From Heptranchias perlo (lineage: Eukaryota), in NCBI RefSeq assembly GCF_035084215.1, contig NC_090370.1:25358001-25422000 (forward strand): DNA of 64,000 nt, in the 5' to 3' direction. Made by a program: the position numbers and the translations under genes. Positions 1 through 14,130 of the stretch are shown here, one piece after another (the stretch's first letter is position 1; every line of letters starts with the position of its first letter). The notes below the pieces were generated by a model that was not told where the DNA came from, did not search any database, and saw only the letters and a program-made list of their open reading frames with translations.

Positions 1-164
1 GCGGGCGATGAACCTCTGCACTCCGCTATTTTTATCACATGACCAGGGACTGGAAACGAGTTGAATGTGAAAGTGGGAGCAACAAACTGGATCAAGCGGA
101 TAGGTGGGGCGGGATATTGGAAAACAAACAGCGAAGCCACGAGGAGCAGGTCAGCTGTTACAAA

Positions 165-290
165 AAACCCCAACGAAATAGGAGCAGGAGGAGGCCTTAC
201 GGGCCCTCGAGCCTGCTCCGCCATTCAATAAGATCATGGCTGATCTTCGACCTCAACTCTGTTTTCCGCCCGATCCCCATATTATTTACA
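165..290 (-). mobile_element. CR1 LINE 3' tail fragment
   Basis: ggagcaggaggaggcc...cgagcctgctccgccattcaataagatcatggctgatc, the same tail that follows CR1 RT ORFs elsewhere in the window. Confidence 0.6.
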
Positions 291-571
291 CGACATTTCA
301 AACAGAAGAATGCCTTTTTCACGAAAAGAAGAATTGTCTGTTCAGTTCTTCAGTTTTAAAGATCTCGGGCCGCCTCCTTTGCCATTTCATGCTGTCGCAA
401 ATCGCCCCTCTCTCCCGCCTAATAACAACTAAACTCACACCTGCTATTTCAATACGATCGGCCAGAGGACCCAAAGTGCCCACATGAGAACAGGAAGAAG
501 GAGAAGCTTAATGGAACAGACCAGCTGTGCCTTGAACTCCGGTGGAAATATTCAGAAGCAAAAGGTTAAAA

Positions 572-665
572 TGCTCCAGGGGAGGATCGAACGCATCACT
601 TCGGCATTCCTCGAGCCTGATACTATTATATAATACCACGTGCTGACCGATTGCGCTGCGAAAGC
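572..665 (-). pseudogene. tRNA-Ile(TAT) pseudogene with intron
   Basis: Reverse complement GCTTTCGCAGCGCAATCGGTCAGCACGTGGTATTATA[intron]ATGCCGAAGTGATGCGTTCGATCCTCCCCTGGAGCA matches the vertebrate intron-containing Ile-TAT; acceptor stem and anticodon arm are damaged. Confidence 0.8.
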
Positions 666-772
666 CGCGTGGTATTAATACTCTCATTAAACACCCTCAT
701 TTTCGGCCTCGAAGGTTGTATGTTTTTTCAGACAGGTTTCCAAGTGGACACATGCAGCCGATTGCCGTTCGG

Positions 773-842
773 CTATTGGTGTTTTAGTGGTCGAATTCTT
801 GCCTGCCACAGGGGAAGCGGGAGCTCATTGCCGCCAAATGCA
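773..842 (+). pseudogene. tRNA-Gly(GCC) pseudogene
   Basis: attggtgttttagtggtcgaattcttgcctgccac...aatgca resembles Gly-GCC; T-arm/B-box destroyed. Confidence 0.7.
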
Positions 843-964
843 GGAACATTTTCTGCATTCATGACATCGAGTGAATTGGGATAAATTCATATTTAGCTTC
901 AATCTGCAAAACTTCTTGAGACATTTTCTTTTCTCCAGGTGTGTTGCGTTCACTTAACCTCGGC

Positions 965-1130
965 TTCTATACGCAAAGGGTGGGAGACGTTTGGAACGCA
1001 CTTCTGCAGATGGTATTCAATGGTAGCTCACTTGTGAATGTTAAATCTGAGATTGATAGATTTCTGTGAACCAAGGGTATTGAGGGATATCGAGCTATGC
1101 CGGGTATATGGAGTTAGGTCACAGGTCCAT
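965..1130 (+). mobile_element. CR1 LINE 3' fragment
   Basis: aaatctgagattgatagatttc...aagggtattgagggatat, C-terminal CR1 ORF2 motif (KSEIDRF..KGI.GY). Confidence 0.6.
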
Positions 1131-1139
1131 ATCTAAATG

Positions 1140-2119
1140 CAACGGCCACTTGCTGCCTCCTGATATGCGCCACCTTCACCTGCAAGAAAGCGGGACGTGT
1201 GTCTGGGTGATGTTCCTGTCATGGTTAAATAGCTGCCAGTGTGTGTGACCGATCAGTTGTGGGTGGACAGCTTGCAACAGTGGTAATGTGTGAGAGTGAG
1301 AGGAATCCTCTGGTTACAAGAGTTGAGGACTGATGGAAAGAGTTTGTTGGTATGTGGGAGATGGGGTTGTATTGCATGGTGCAGTTGGTAGGTGATGCCA
1401 CTTGAGAGTTGCCTCACTCACCTTGACCACTCATGTAAAAGCATTGAACTTCTTCCTGCACTGCATCCATGTTCATGAGGATGTGCGCCTGGCATTGAAT
1501 TCGTCCCCCGCTGCCTCCCACTGCCTTTTGCATATATGTCTGGAGGGCCTCTTGCCCGCACCCACCAATGCGGATACATCATGCTCCTCCTTCTGTTAAA
1601 CCCCTGCACCACCGACTCTGAGCATCAGCAGAGAACCTTGGTGCATTCACCCTCCAGGCCTGGTACCAACTCAGATCGGCAGATTGGTGAGGTCTGGCGT
1701 GCAGATTGGAGGATGTGGGATTTCGTAGTGTGTAAATTTTATTCAATGTTTTAACATAACTCATCAGTGTGCAAACACAGGGATGGAACCTGCATCTGTG
1801 TTTTATGTGTGCAGCGTCTGATCTCCGTTCACACTCCGTTTAGACAGTCGGCTTTTATTTTAAGCAAATAACAGGTCCCAGCTGCCTTGAAGCGATTTCC
1901 AAGAAACATCCTCCCTTTAAGAGATTGAGCTCCCCCAGGCGGTGGAAAATGTGAATTGCAAAGATTCGTCCTGCAAGGCCCGGAATGGAACGATGAATGC
2001 AGGTGAGACTTCGGGCCAGCCGAATCTTGCGTCCTGCGTGCCCAAGGGTCATTGGGCGCGAAGTAACAGCGCATCACGCTACCTGCGCCCAAAAACTGCC
2101 CGTATCCAATTTTTCCCCC
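1140..2119 (-). mobile_element. PIF/Harbinger transposon remnant with decayed Myb/SANT-like ORF
   Basis: Minus-strand frameshifted translation APRFSADA..VQGFNRRRSMMYP..KRQWEAAGDEFNARR..TWMQCRKKFNAF, followed by a GTGAG donor near 1420 and an acceptor near 1180; terminal ccaatttttcccc at about 2106-2119. Confidence 0.65.
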
Positions 2120-2219
2120 AACGTTTCCTGTGTGCGCCAGCCGACGGGATTCGGATATGGTACCTGGCACATGGGGCCATACGAAAGAAGATTCCACTCA
2201 GATTGCGCTCTTCACACCT

Positions 2220-2410
2220 CGGACGTCCCAAAGTGCTTTATAGACAACGAACCACTCTTTGAAATGTAGTCACTGCTGACATGTAGGAAACGAGGCAGCC
2301 AATTTGCACACAGCAAGATCCCAAACACAGCGATGTGATAATGACCAGATAATGTCTTATGGTGATGTTACTGGAGCGATAAATATTGAACAGGGCAACA
2401 GGGAGAACTA
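2220..2410 (-). mobile_element. SINE remnant (shark SacSINE1/DeuSINE-like)
   Basis: gcagccaatttgcacacagcaagatccc...gtgataatgaccagataa...gataaatattg resembles a common elasmobranch SINE body; family recalled from memory. Confidence 0.5.
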
Positions 2411-3392
2411 ATTACCATTAAAGTTGAAGACAAGGTGATTGTATCAGTTCGAGTTTGGACCTTTGTAATGTTTTTCTTTCCTTATTTTTATCTTCTTCAG
2501 ATTCCAACTGATCAGAAAACTGACAACTGAACTCTCAATGAATTTTCGATCAATCTGTCACTCAAAATAAACAATGTTAGAAATAAATAAATAAACCGGA
2601 TTGAGACGGTTCACTTCACTTCACTGAAACGTCTAATTCCGGTTAAACCGGCGCGGCGGAGTCACAGCAGCTCATCGCTGATCTGCACCTCAACTCCATT
2701 TAGCGAAACAGAAACTGGAAAACTCATGTTTCGAGACGAGTTTACTAATTTCCTGAAAAATGAATATCACTAAACCAGCAAAATATTCCCTGCCCTGATT
2801 AAACACACAGCAAGGGAATGTATCGAACATATAGCAAGAAACCCGCGATTTTATTTTTACACGGATAGAATACCGTGCTCAATATTAACATTAACAGTGA
2901 GCGCTTTACCCCGTGGTGCGGGACCCCTGAAAATCAGAAAATCATAATCACACCCAGCAGAATTGGGGATTGTTCGTATTTTACAGGACAGACTGAGGCC
3001 ACTCGGCCCGTCGGGCTTGGATAGTAAATTCTGTTCACATTCTCCGCTCGGTGTTGTTCTCCGTGTACATTTTTAGTTTACCGATTTGTCTTTTGTTTCA
3101 TTTCCCTTCACTCTGTTTTGCAGACTGAGTGTGAAAGCGATTCGCATTGGAGGCGAAACATTTTGATCAAAGATTTGAACATTGTTTATTCTGATTGTCG
3201 GTTTCTCGGAGACCCCGCGGGAGTTCAGTTGTCAGTTTCCGGATCAGTCGGAAACAGCAGAGCCAACTTGCTGCAAGAGAAAAACCAACAAATGAACAAC
3301 ATCAACAAAGTGAAAGGAAGAGAAAGATACAAGCAGAATCTTAACCATCCCTGCCCAGCGTTTAAGATCATTTGGTGAAGCAGATTGTCATC

Positions 3393-3482
3393 GGCCGCGT
3401 GGCCTAATGGATAAGGCGTCTGACTTCGGTGTTCAGTTAAGTTGTTATCAGAAGATTGCAGGTTCGAGTCCTGCCGCGGTCG
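3393..3482 (+). tRNA. tRNA-Arg(TCG) with 17-nt intron (3430-3446)
   Basis: Exons GGCCGCGTGGCCTAATGGATAAGGCGTCTGACTTCGG and ATCAGAAGATTGCAGGTTCGAGTCCTGCCGCGGTCG give a 73-nt canonical vertebrate Arg-TCG; anticodon at 3426-3428; insertion after position 37; TTTT terminator at 3483-3486. Confidence 0.93.
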
Positions 3483-3682
3483 TTTTACTCGCTGGGTGAA
3501 AATTTGTCCGACGTGCTCCCGAACTGTTTTGCACCCGACCGTTTCGAACAGTCGGATGAAACAGAAATCCCGAAATTACTTTGCTTTCAGAAATTGACTC
3601 CACATTTTCATCATTGTCGGTCTGGGTGCACGGGCAGGATATCGTGTCAAAGTGACTGTTTGGATTCAGAAATGGTTGGTCG

Positions 3683-3728
3683 AATCCATTGCGCTCTTTC
3701 GGTATGGGTCCGAATCCCATCCGTGTCG
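3683..3728 (+). pseudogene. tRNA-Ser(GCT)-like 3' half fragment
   Basis: aatccattgcgctct...tgggtccgaatcccatcc..gtcg resembles the 3' half of Ser-GCT. Confidence 0.55.
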
Positions 3729-3881
3729 TTATTGTATTGAACTTTCGTTACGGCCCTACGTAAGTTTTGTACAATCAAAATGGGCTTGAAAGCTATTAAT
3801 ACCAATCCGACACCGGTGTTTTAATCTGTATCCCTGGATTGTTTATATTTTGTTGAAATGGAGAGGGACAACTTGTCTTAT

Positions 3882-4021
3882 CAACCATGATGTGGAGATG
3901 CCGGTGATGGACTGGAGTGGACTAATGTAAGGAATCTTACAACACCAGATTATAGTCCAACAGTTTTATTTTCAAATAAAAATGTTGGACTATAACCAGG
4001 TGTTGTAAGATTCCTTACATC
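3882..4021. mobile_element. Penelope-type terminal fragment forming a hairpin, flanked by 8-bp direct repeat tgtcttat
   Basis: Arms at 3925-3971 and 3974-4020 are near-perfect inverted repeats of ttacaacacca.ttatagtcca, which is also the end of the Penelope element at 27484; tgtcttat at 3874-3881 and 4022-4029. Confidence 0.65.
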
Positions 4022-4500
4022 TGTCTTATTAAGTAAGACTTTCTAAAATTTAAATGCTCTGAAGCTGCATTGCCGTTTGTGTGAGAATAGATACACCAGG
4101 TAGACTGGCGCTGATACACATTTCCTAATGTAAAATGCACACACATTAAACTATTGTGCAGAATTTGTAGGAGGTCACCCACAGGAGGAGGTCAGGGCCT
4201 GGTGCACCACAGACATTACTCACCAACATTTTGTGGGAAGAGATGAGAAATGTAATAGGATAAGACCAGATAGTCTGGAGAGAGTGTGGGAATAATACAG
4301 GATGAATAGAGCTCGATATAAGATGTACTGACAGGGGATAAGGAAGAGAAGATCATGACTGATGCCCATGGTTTCCCATGCAGAGACCGATGAACAAAAG
4401 ATAGATGTTATTGCGTAGACGTATTGAGGGAGAAGGCGCAACAAAGTGGGTTGGCAAATGTATCATTACCATAACGTTAGGAAATAATTATAGTCAGGTG

Positions 4501-4574
4501 GTCGCCGTGGCTCAGTGGTTAAAACACTTATCTTATTAAACCGAGTATCATAGATTCAAATCCCAGCGGTACCT
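4501..4574 (+). pseudogene. tRNA-Thr pseudogene
   Basis: gtcgccgtggctcagtggttaaa...gattcaaatcccagcggtacct aligns to Thr-AGT with many substitutions. Confidence 0.7.
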
Positions 4575-4594
4575 TTCGCAAAGTATTCCTCAGT

Positions 4595-4825
4595 AACATC
4601 TGGGGACTTGTGTCAAAAATTCAGGCAGAGTTGTCCCACAGACTGGTCAAGTAATAGCCTGACATAAACATGCTCACAGAATCATAGCTTTCAGCCAATG
4701 TCCCCGACTTGTCCATCACCATCCTTGGGGAGCTCCTAACCAACCAGCGATGGCAGTACAGTCATGGAGAGCGAGAAGGGAGTGGCCCTGGGAGTCCTCG
4801 ACATTGACTCTGGACCCCATCAGCC
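4595..4825 (+). mobile_element. LINE (CR1/L2 group) endonuclease-region fragment
   Basis: cacagactggtcaag...gcctgacat...ctcacagaatcata and ggccctgggagtcctcgacattgactctggacccca; decayed. Confidence 0.45.
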
Positions 4826-5849
4826 CAAATATGGGCGAGGGGGAGAGAAAGACGGAATGGGAAAGAGAGAGAGCGAACGGGGAGGGGAGAGTCTGGACTG
4901 CCTGTGTGGGAGGCTCGCGTTGGGAGAGGGAAAAGTGTGTGTTTGACGGAATGAGCGGGTGGGAGATTATGAACCGTCTGTGTCTGAGGTAACCGGCGTA
5001 ACGGTGGGTGGGGCAGAGAGCGCAGTGGCTGAGAAACTAGTGCGAGTGTGTTGAATGGGGGAATCAAGCCGCCCACTTGTCTGGGGAGGGTAAGGCGGAT
5101 CAACGGTCTGATGGGGTCTTCATCTGCAGGAACCTCAATCTGCATATGGAACAATATTAATAAGACCCTTCCAGATTAACAGAGTTGTTTTTCAAAGAAT
5201 TCCAGATGGTCAGCTCGTTTTAACATCACTCGTCGAACCACGAGGCCCCTTTATCAAGGTTGTTTTTCAAGGTTGGCCAGTTTGTGTGACCGCGCTCGTC
5301 ACGATCCCGGCCCACGCGCTGTCTTTGGGTTATTGTTCGGCTCCTTTGGGTCTTTGCGCCTCTTTGGTCACGTGGCTGCCTTGCCTCACACTGCGGGTGG
5401 GTGAGACGGGTCAGTCACCAATCAAAGTTTAAGAAAAAACGTCAATATTTCCCTCCTGACAATATTCTCCCCTGGGTCCCCACTCAGAGAGCCAGGGGAC
5501 AGCTCCCTCAGACGGCTCGGCTAATGCACCGTCCAGCGCTGAGCCCCAGAGATTAGGAAAATCCCAGGCTCGAGCTCTGGCCTGCTGCTGAGGTTCGACT
5601 TCTTGCCTTTGACCTCGGCTGGACTTGGGCTCATTGGACTCGGGCTTGGTAGGGGGGCGTCGGTTTGCAGGGACAACATGTGAGGAGGAGAGTGTGCCAG
5701 GCAGCTCTTTAATCTGAGGAGTGGGTGACGAGGAAATTGACTGGAATGGTGCCAGAGATGAGGGATTCCTGTTACGGGGAAAGACTGAAAAAGCTGGGGT
5801 TGTTCCCCCGAGAGCAGTGAAGGTTAATTACATTGAATCACTTTGAGTG

Positions 5850-6930
5850 CAGAACAGGGACAGGCCATTCGGCCCATCAAGGCCATGCCGGTGTTTAAGC
5901 TCCACACGAGCCTCCTCCCTCCCTAATTCATCTCACCCTATTCTTCTATTCCTTTCTCCCTCATGTCTTTATCTGCTGTTCGCCCCAACCACTCCTTGTG
6001 GGAGTGAGTTCCACATTCTCACTACTCTCTGGGTGAAGAAGTTTCTCCTGAATTCCCTTCCTGTCTTAAATGTCTTTATATCTTCTTCGATCTCTCCTTC
6101 CAATGTCCTGCCCACCTTGCTGGTCTCTGTGATCAATAGAAACATCGAAAATAGGAGCAAGAGTAGGCCATTCGGCCCTTCGGGCCTGCTCCACCATTCA
6201 AAATGATCATGGCTGATCATCTAACTCAGTACCCTGTTCCCGCTTTTTCCCCATATCCCTTGATCCCTTTCGCATTGAGAAATATATCTATCTCCTTCTT
6301 GAATACATCTAATGACTTGGCCTCAACTGCCTTCTGTGCTGGAGAAATCCACAGGTTCACCACCCTCTGAGTGAAGAAATTTCTCCTCGTCTCGGTTCTA
6401 AATGGCATACCCCGTTTCCTGAGACTGTGACCCCTGGTTCTGGACTCCCCAGCCATCGGGAACATCCTCCCTGCATCCAGTCTGTCTGGTCCTGTTAGAA
6501 TTTTATATGTTTCGATGAGATCACCTCTCATTCTTCTAAACTCTAGTGAATATAGGCCGACTCGACCCAATCTCTCCTCATACATCAGTCCTGCCATCCC
6601 AGGAATCAGTCTGGTAAACCTTCGTTGCACTCCCTCCATGGCAAGGACATCCTTCCTCAGATAAGGAGACTAAAACTCCAGATGTGGTCTCACCAAGGCC
6701 CTGTATAACTGCAGTAAGACATCCCTGCTCCTGTACTCATATCCTTTTGCAATGAAGGATGACATACCGTTCGCCTTCCGAACGGCTTGCTGCACCTGAA
6801 TGCTCGTTTTCAGCGACTGGTGTAGAAGGGCACCCAGCTCTCGTTGCACCTCCCCTATTCCCAATCCATCACCATTCAGATAATAATCTGCTTTTCTGTA
6901 TTTACAACGAAAGTGGATAACCTCACAAAT
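5850..6930 (-). mobile_element. CR1 LINE 3' fragments (RT C-terminus and tail)
   Basis: ORFs [11 protein letters not shown] and EGVQRRFTRLIPGM...RRNFFTQRVVNLW...KGIKGYG; tail ends in atagaaacatcgaaa. Confidence 0.9.
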
Positions 6931-7239
6931 ACTGCGGCAAAGTAATTATTGAATATTCCCGCCATTTTGCTGTCATTACCTGTGAGTTTATCCTATGTCT
7001 CCCTCAGTGGCCCGATCCCTATCCTGGTTTTTCTTCCGTTATTTATGTGTCTGTGGAATCATTAACTATTTTTATACTGCTTGATAATTTAATTTAATCT
7101 CGTCGTTCCTCTTTGCTTTCCGAATTTTTTTTGACGTTGTTCCCAATCTTCTCACATTCCCTTTTCCCATCCTCTCCTTTATTGTCTATGTGCTCAGTGT
7201 AATCCTTTTTCTTTAGTTTTAATTTTATTCATTATTCGC

Positions 7240-7370
7240 GGGTGACTCACCTCCTGACTCCCCAAAGCCTATCCACCATCAACAAGGCACAAGTCAGGAG
7301 TGCGATGGAATACTCTCCACTTGCCTGGATGAGTGCAGCTCCAACAACACTCAAAAAGCTCGACACGGTA
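7240..7370 (+). mobile_element. LINE RT C-terminal fragment
   Basis: Plus-strand RVTHLLTPQSLSTINKAQVRSAMEYSPLAWMSAAPTTLKKLD. Confidence 0.65.
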
Positions 7371-7384
7371 CAGGTTCCCATCTC

Positions 7385-7790
7385 GCTCTCTCTTCTCCCC
7401 TGAAGGTGCTGACGCTGGCTGGGTTCAGTTCTGCACTCACTGGTTCGCCGACTTCTCCTCCCCTGAAGGTGCTGGCTCTGGCTGGGTTCAGTTCGACACT
7501 CACTGGTTCCCCTCTCTCTCCTCCCCTGAAAGTCCTGAATCTGACTGGGTTCAGTTCTGCACTCATTGTTTCGCTTCCCTCTCTCACCTCTCCCCCCTCC
7601 CCCACCAGGGAGGTCCAGGCTCTGACTGGGTTCAGTTCTGCACTCATTGGTTCCTCTCCCTCTCTCCACCCCTCTCTCCGCCCCCCCCCGCCCCCCCGCC
7701 ACCACGAAGGTCAAGGCTCTGACTGGGTTCAGTTCCACACTCAGTGGTTCCCCTCCCCCTCCTCTCCTGAAGATGCTGACACTGGCCGGG
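7385..7790. repeat. Minisatellite, about 63-bp unit
   Basis: gggttcagttc recurs at 7421, 7484 and 7547 and further on. Confidence 0.85.
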
Positions 7791-7879
7791 TATATATGCT
7801 CTCCCCCTCATTTCGACATTACGTCCCTCCCGATTGCTGCCGGTAAGCTGTCCATCGGTGATATCTCCCACTTTTGGCG

Positions 7880-8255
7880 ACGGACTCTCTCTGACCAGTC
7901 ACCATGTCTCCGTCATTTAAAGACGGTCCCAAATCTGTCACTATTTATCCTTCATTTGAAGATTCACCCTGACCTGTCACTATTTCTCCATCATTTACAG
8001 ACACTCACCGACCAGTAACTATTTCTCCTTCAGTTACAGACACTCCCTGACCCGTCACCATTTCTCCTTCATTTCATGACTCTCCCTGACCCGTCAACAT
8101 TTCTCCTTCATTTGAAGATTCACCCTGACCTGTCACTATTTCTCCATCATTTACAGACACTCCCTGACCAGTCACCATTTCATCTTCATTTAAAGACACT
8201 GCCTGACCCGTCAACATTTTTCCTTCATTTACAGACACTCCCTAACCAGTTACTT
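7880..8255. repeat. Minisatellite, about 39-bp unit
   Basis: cactccctgacccgtcaccatttctccttcatttacaga-type units. Confidence 0.85.
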
Positions 8256-8339
8256 CCTCTCTCCGCATCTCCCTCCAGATGTCCGTTCACTTGTGAACAA
8301 GGCCCTTCCCATCCACAACCTTATTGCGGGTGGCTGCAT

Positions 8340-8790
8340 CTGGAAACATCGGGACAGGAGAAGGCCACTCCGCCCCACGAGACTGTTCCGTCATTCAATT
8401 AGACCATGGCTGATCTGTATCTTAACTCCATCAGCCTGGCTTGGTATCATAACCCTAAATACCCTGGCCAAACAAAAATCTATCAATCTCAATTTTCAAA
8501 TTTTTAATTGACCCCCAGCCTCAACAGCATTTTGGAGTGAGGAGAGTTCCAGATTTCCACTACCCTTTGTGTGAAGAATTCCTTCTGACATCACCCCTCA
8601 ACGGCCTCGCTCTAATTTTAAGGTGATCCCCCCTTGTTCCAGACTCTCCCAACACAGAAAATAGTTTCTCTGTATCTACCCTATCAAATCCTTTAATCAT
8701 CTGAAACACCTCAATTCGATCACCCCTTAATCTTGTATATTCAAGTGAATACAAGCCTAGTCTATGCATCGATCCTCATAATTTACATAA
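8340..8790 (-). mobile_element. CR1 LINE 3' fragment
   Basis: ORF 8560-8769 LGLYSLE..RLRGD.IEVFQMIKGFDRVD plus tail. Confidence 0.85.
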
Positions 8791-8874
8791 GTGATCACTG
8801 TAAGTACAGGATAGAAATTCAGAACAGACAGTTTCAGTTTTTGTGGAAGATTATTTTCTCCATCGCCCCAAGAA

Positions 8875-9500
8875 GATGTAAATCCCCCGTCACACACTCT
8901 CCCTCCTTCTACTTATTAAGCTGTAAATGCCCCGTCCCACACTCTCCCTCCTTGCCCCCATGAAGCTGTAAATCCCCCATCCCACACACTCTCCCTCCTT
9001 GTTCCTATTAAGCTGTAAGTCCCCCATCCCACACACTCTCCCTCCTTGTTCCTATTAAGCTGTAAATCCCCCGTCCCACACTCTCCCTCCTTGCTCCTAT
9101 TAAGCTGTAAATCCCCCGTCCCACACTCTCCCTCCTTGCTCCTATTAATCTGTAAATACCCCGTCCCACACTCTCCCTCCTTGTTCCTATTAAGCTGTCC
9201 AACCCCCGTCCCACACGCTCACTCCTTGCTCCTAATAATCTCTAAATCCCCCGTACCACGCTCTCTCTCCTTGTTCCGATTAAGCTGTAAATCCCCCGTC
9301 CCACACTCTCCCTCCTTGCACCTATTAAGCTGTAAATCCCCCGTCCCACACTCTCCCTCCTTGTTCCTATAAAGCTGCAAATCCCCCGTCCCACACTCTC
9401 CCTCCTTGTTCCTATTAAGCTGTAAATCCCCCGTCCCACACTCTCCCTCCTTGTTCCTATTAATCTGTAAATCCCCCGTCCCACACACTCTCCCTCCTTG
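8875..9500. repeat. Minisatellite, 45-bp unit, about 13-14 copies
   Basis: tgtaaatcccccgtcccacactctccctccttgttcctattaagc at 9061, 9106 and onward. Confidence 0.9.
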
Positions 9501-9779
9501 ACACGTCCTCGCTGTTTGAAATCCAAATTCATCGCAGCCTCTAATTTTCTCCCTTTCTCTCCTGAAGGTGCAGCGTGATGGTGGGGTTCGGCCCCAGTCA
9601 CTGTCTGCCATCCAGTATTAGGCCAAGTGGTAATTCTGCACTTGTGAGCCGAAACAGCGACCTGCCGGTATTTCGACCATCGGTAGCCGCCGTCTCTGGC
9701 TGATTCTCTCCGGCAAAGCTGAGGCCAACGGTGGCAGATCAACAATAACCTGCATTCACACTGAGCGAAGTCTCAGCAA

Positions 9780-10140
9780 CACCGAGTGCTGCTCAGGCCC
9801 TGAATCAGAGCCGGGGGACCCGGCGGACTGGCGGGCGGGGGCCCCGGACATGGATTAAACCGATCACCCAGCTCCTCCCACGTCCAACCCGCCGCTTCCC
9901 GATTTCTTCTCCCGTTTCCACCGAGTCCGACTCGAGACAAGAGACAGGGCAGAGACGCTCCCAGAATGTGGGGCGGGCCTGGGGAGCTTGCGCCGTCTGA
10001 GCGGAAATGCAGCGCCTTGGAGAGACAGAGGGGTTTCTGGGGCGCGGGGGATTGTGGGGCCGGTGGCCGCCATTAGTCGCCGGGCGTCGTTCAGTGTTTT
10101 ATTGCCCGCGTGGCGCACAGAAACGTTTCTCGAAATGCAG
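9780..10140. promoter_or_regulatory. CpG-rich promoter-like island
   Basis: High CpG density, GC boxes (ggggcggg), possible minus-strand donor GG|GTGA near 9866. Confidence 0.4.
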
Positions 10141-10194
10141 ACTGAGGAGTTCAGAGCCGGTTTGCTGAACAGACACTGACCGTACAATGTAGAA

Positions 10195-12700
<2,506 letters not shown>

Positions 12701-13189
12701 TCACGCAATCACAAGTTCTGACTGCAAAACTGCCTGTGACATTTCATCTCTTTATGAAATAATTGTTTGTCCTTTTCTTATTTAATGTCCAGTTATGGTT
12801 CATTTGATTTTCTTGGGTTTGTATTGTGACCGGACCCATTGAATGACAGTGAGCTGATATTGCCAATCGGGCTCAGCATTCTCTGGCGAGCAGTTACCTG
12901 CACTATGAGCTCCGCTGATAACCTGATATCTGACGATTCTCCTTTCCTGTTCCATTACATTTATGCTTTTCTTTTTCGGGTTCAAACGAGGGGGCACAAA
13001 GTTAAACACAAAACAATTTGGCAACATGCAGGTCTCCCTATCAATGCAAGAGCACGCAGAAGGAATCCCAATGGACCAAACCCCTTCACATTCACTGCCA
13101 CTGGAAAAAAAATCCAAACAGACCAAACCCTTTCCTATTCCCTCCCATTGCATAGAATCAGAAATAGAAAAACCCCTTCACAGTCCAAG

Positions 13190-14130
13190 CCATTATAGAG
13201 AGTGCGTTGCCCAGAACTGAACACAGTTCTCGAAATGAGGTCTAACCAGAGCTCTGTATAACTGTGACATAACTTCCACTCCTTTTCATTCCAGTTCCCT
13301 TGAGATAAAGATCAAAATTTAATCTCCATTTCACCTAATATTTTTTGTGAATTCTGTACTTGGACCCCGAAATCTCTCTCCTCCCCCACAGTTCCTTGCT
13401 TCTTGCCATTAAGAAAATACTCTGATCTATTTTTTAAGGTCCCAAATGGATGACCTCACATTTTCCCACGTTGAACTCCATCTGCCACTGTCTTGCCCAC
13501 TCACTTAATCTATCAATGTCCCTTTGCAACTTTCTGCTCCCATCTATAATGCTTACTGTGCCACCTAACTTAGTTTCGTCAGCACACTGGGTTATAAGGG
13601 TCTCTGCATAAGAACAGAACAAATAGGAGCAGGAGTAGGCCCTACGGCCCTTCGAGCCTGTTCCGCCATTCAATCAGACCATGGCTGATCTTCAACCTCA
13701 ACTCCACTTTCCCGCCCGATCCCCATATCCCTTGATTCCCCTAAAATCCAAAACTCGATCGCTCTCAGACTTGAATATACTCAACGACTGAGCGTCCAAA
13801 GTCCTGTGGGTGAGAGAATTCCGAAGATTCACAACCTTTTGAGTGAAGAATTTTTTCCTCATGTCGGTCCTAAATGGCCGACCCCTTATCTTGAGACTAT
13901 GACCTCTAGTTCTTGACTCTCCAGCCAGGGGAATCAGCCTCTCAGCATCTACGCTGTCAAGCCGTCGAAGAATTTTATACATTGCAATGTGATCACCTCT
14001 CTTTCTTCTAAACTCCAGCGAATGTCGGCCAATTTTACACACTATCTCCTCACAGTAAAATTGCAGCAAGTCCTCCTTATTCTTATATTCCAACACCCTT
14101 GCAATAAATACGAATATTTTATTTGCCTTC
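13190..14130 (-). mobile_element. CR1 LINE fragments (nested)
   Basis: ADETKLGG..LQRDIDRLSEWARQWQMEFNVGKCEVIHLG and KFFTQKVVNL..RGIKGYG. Confidence 0.85.

Noticed and set aside
7247-9745. Repetitive ORFs in the 63-, 39- and 45-bp arrays
   Set aside because: Unit lengths are multiples of three, so frames stay open by chance; no domain similarity
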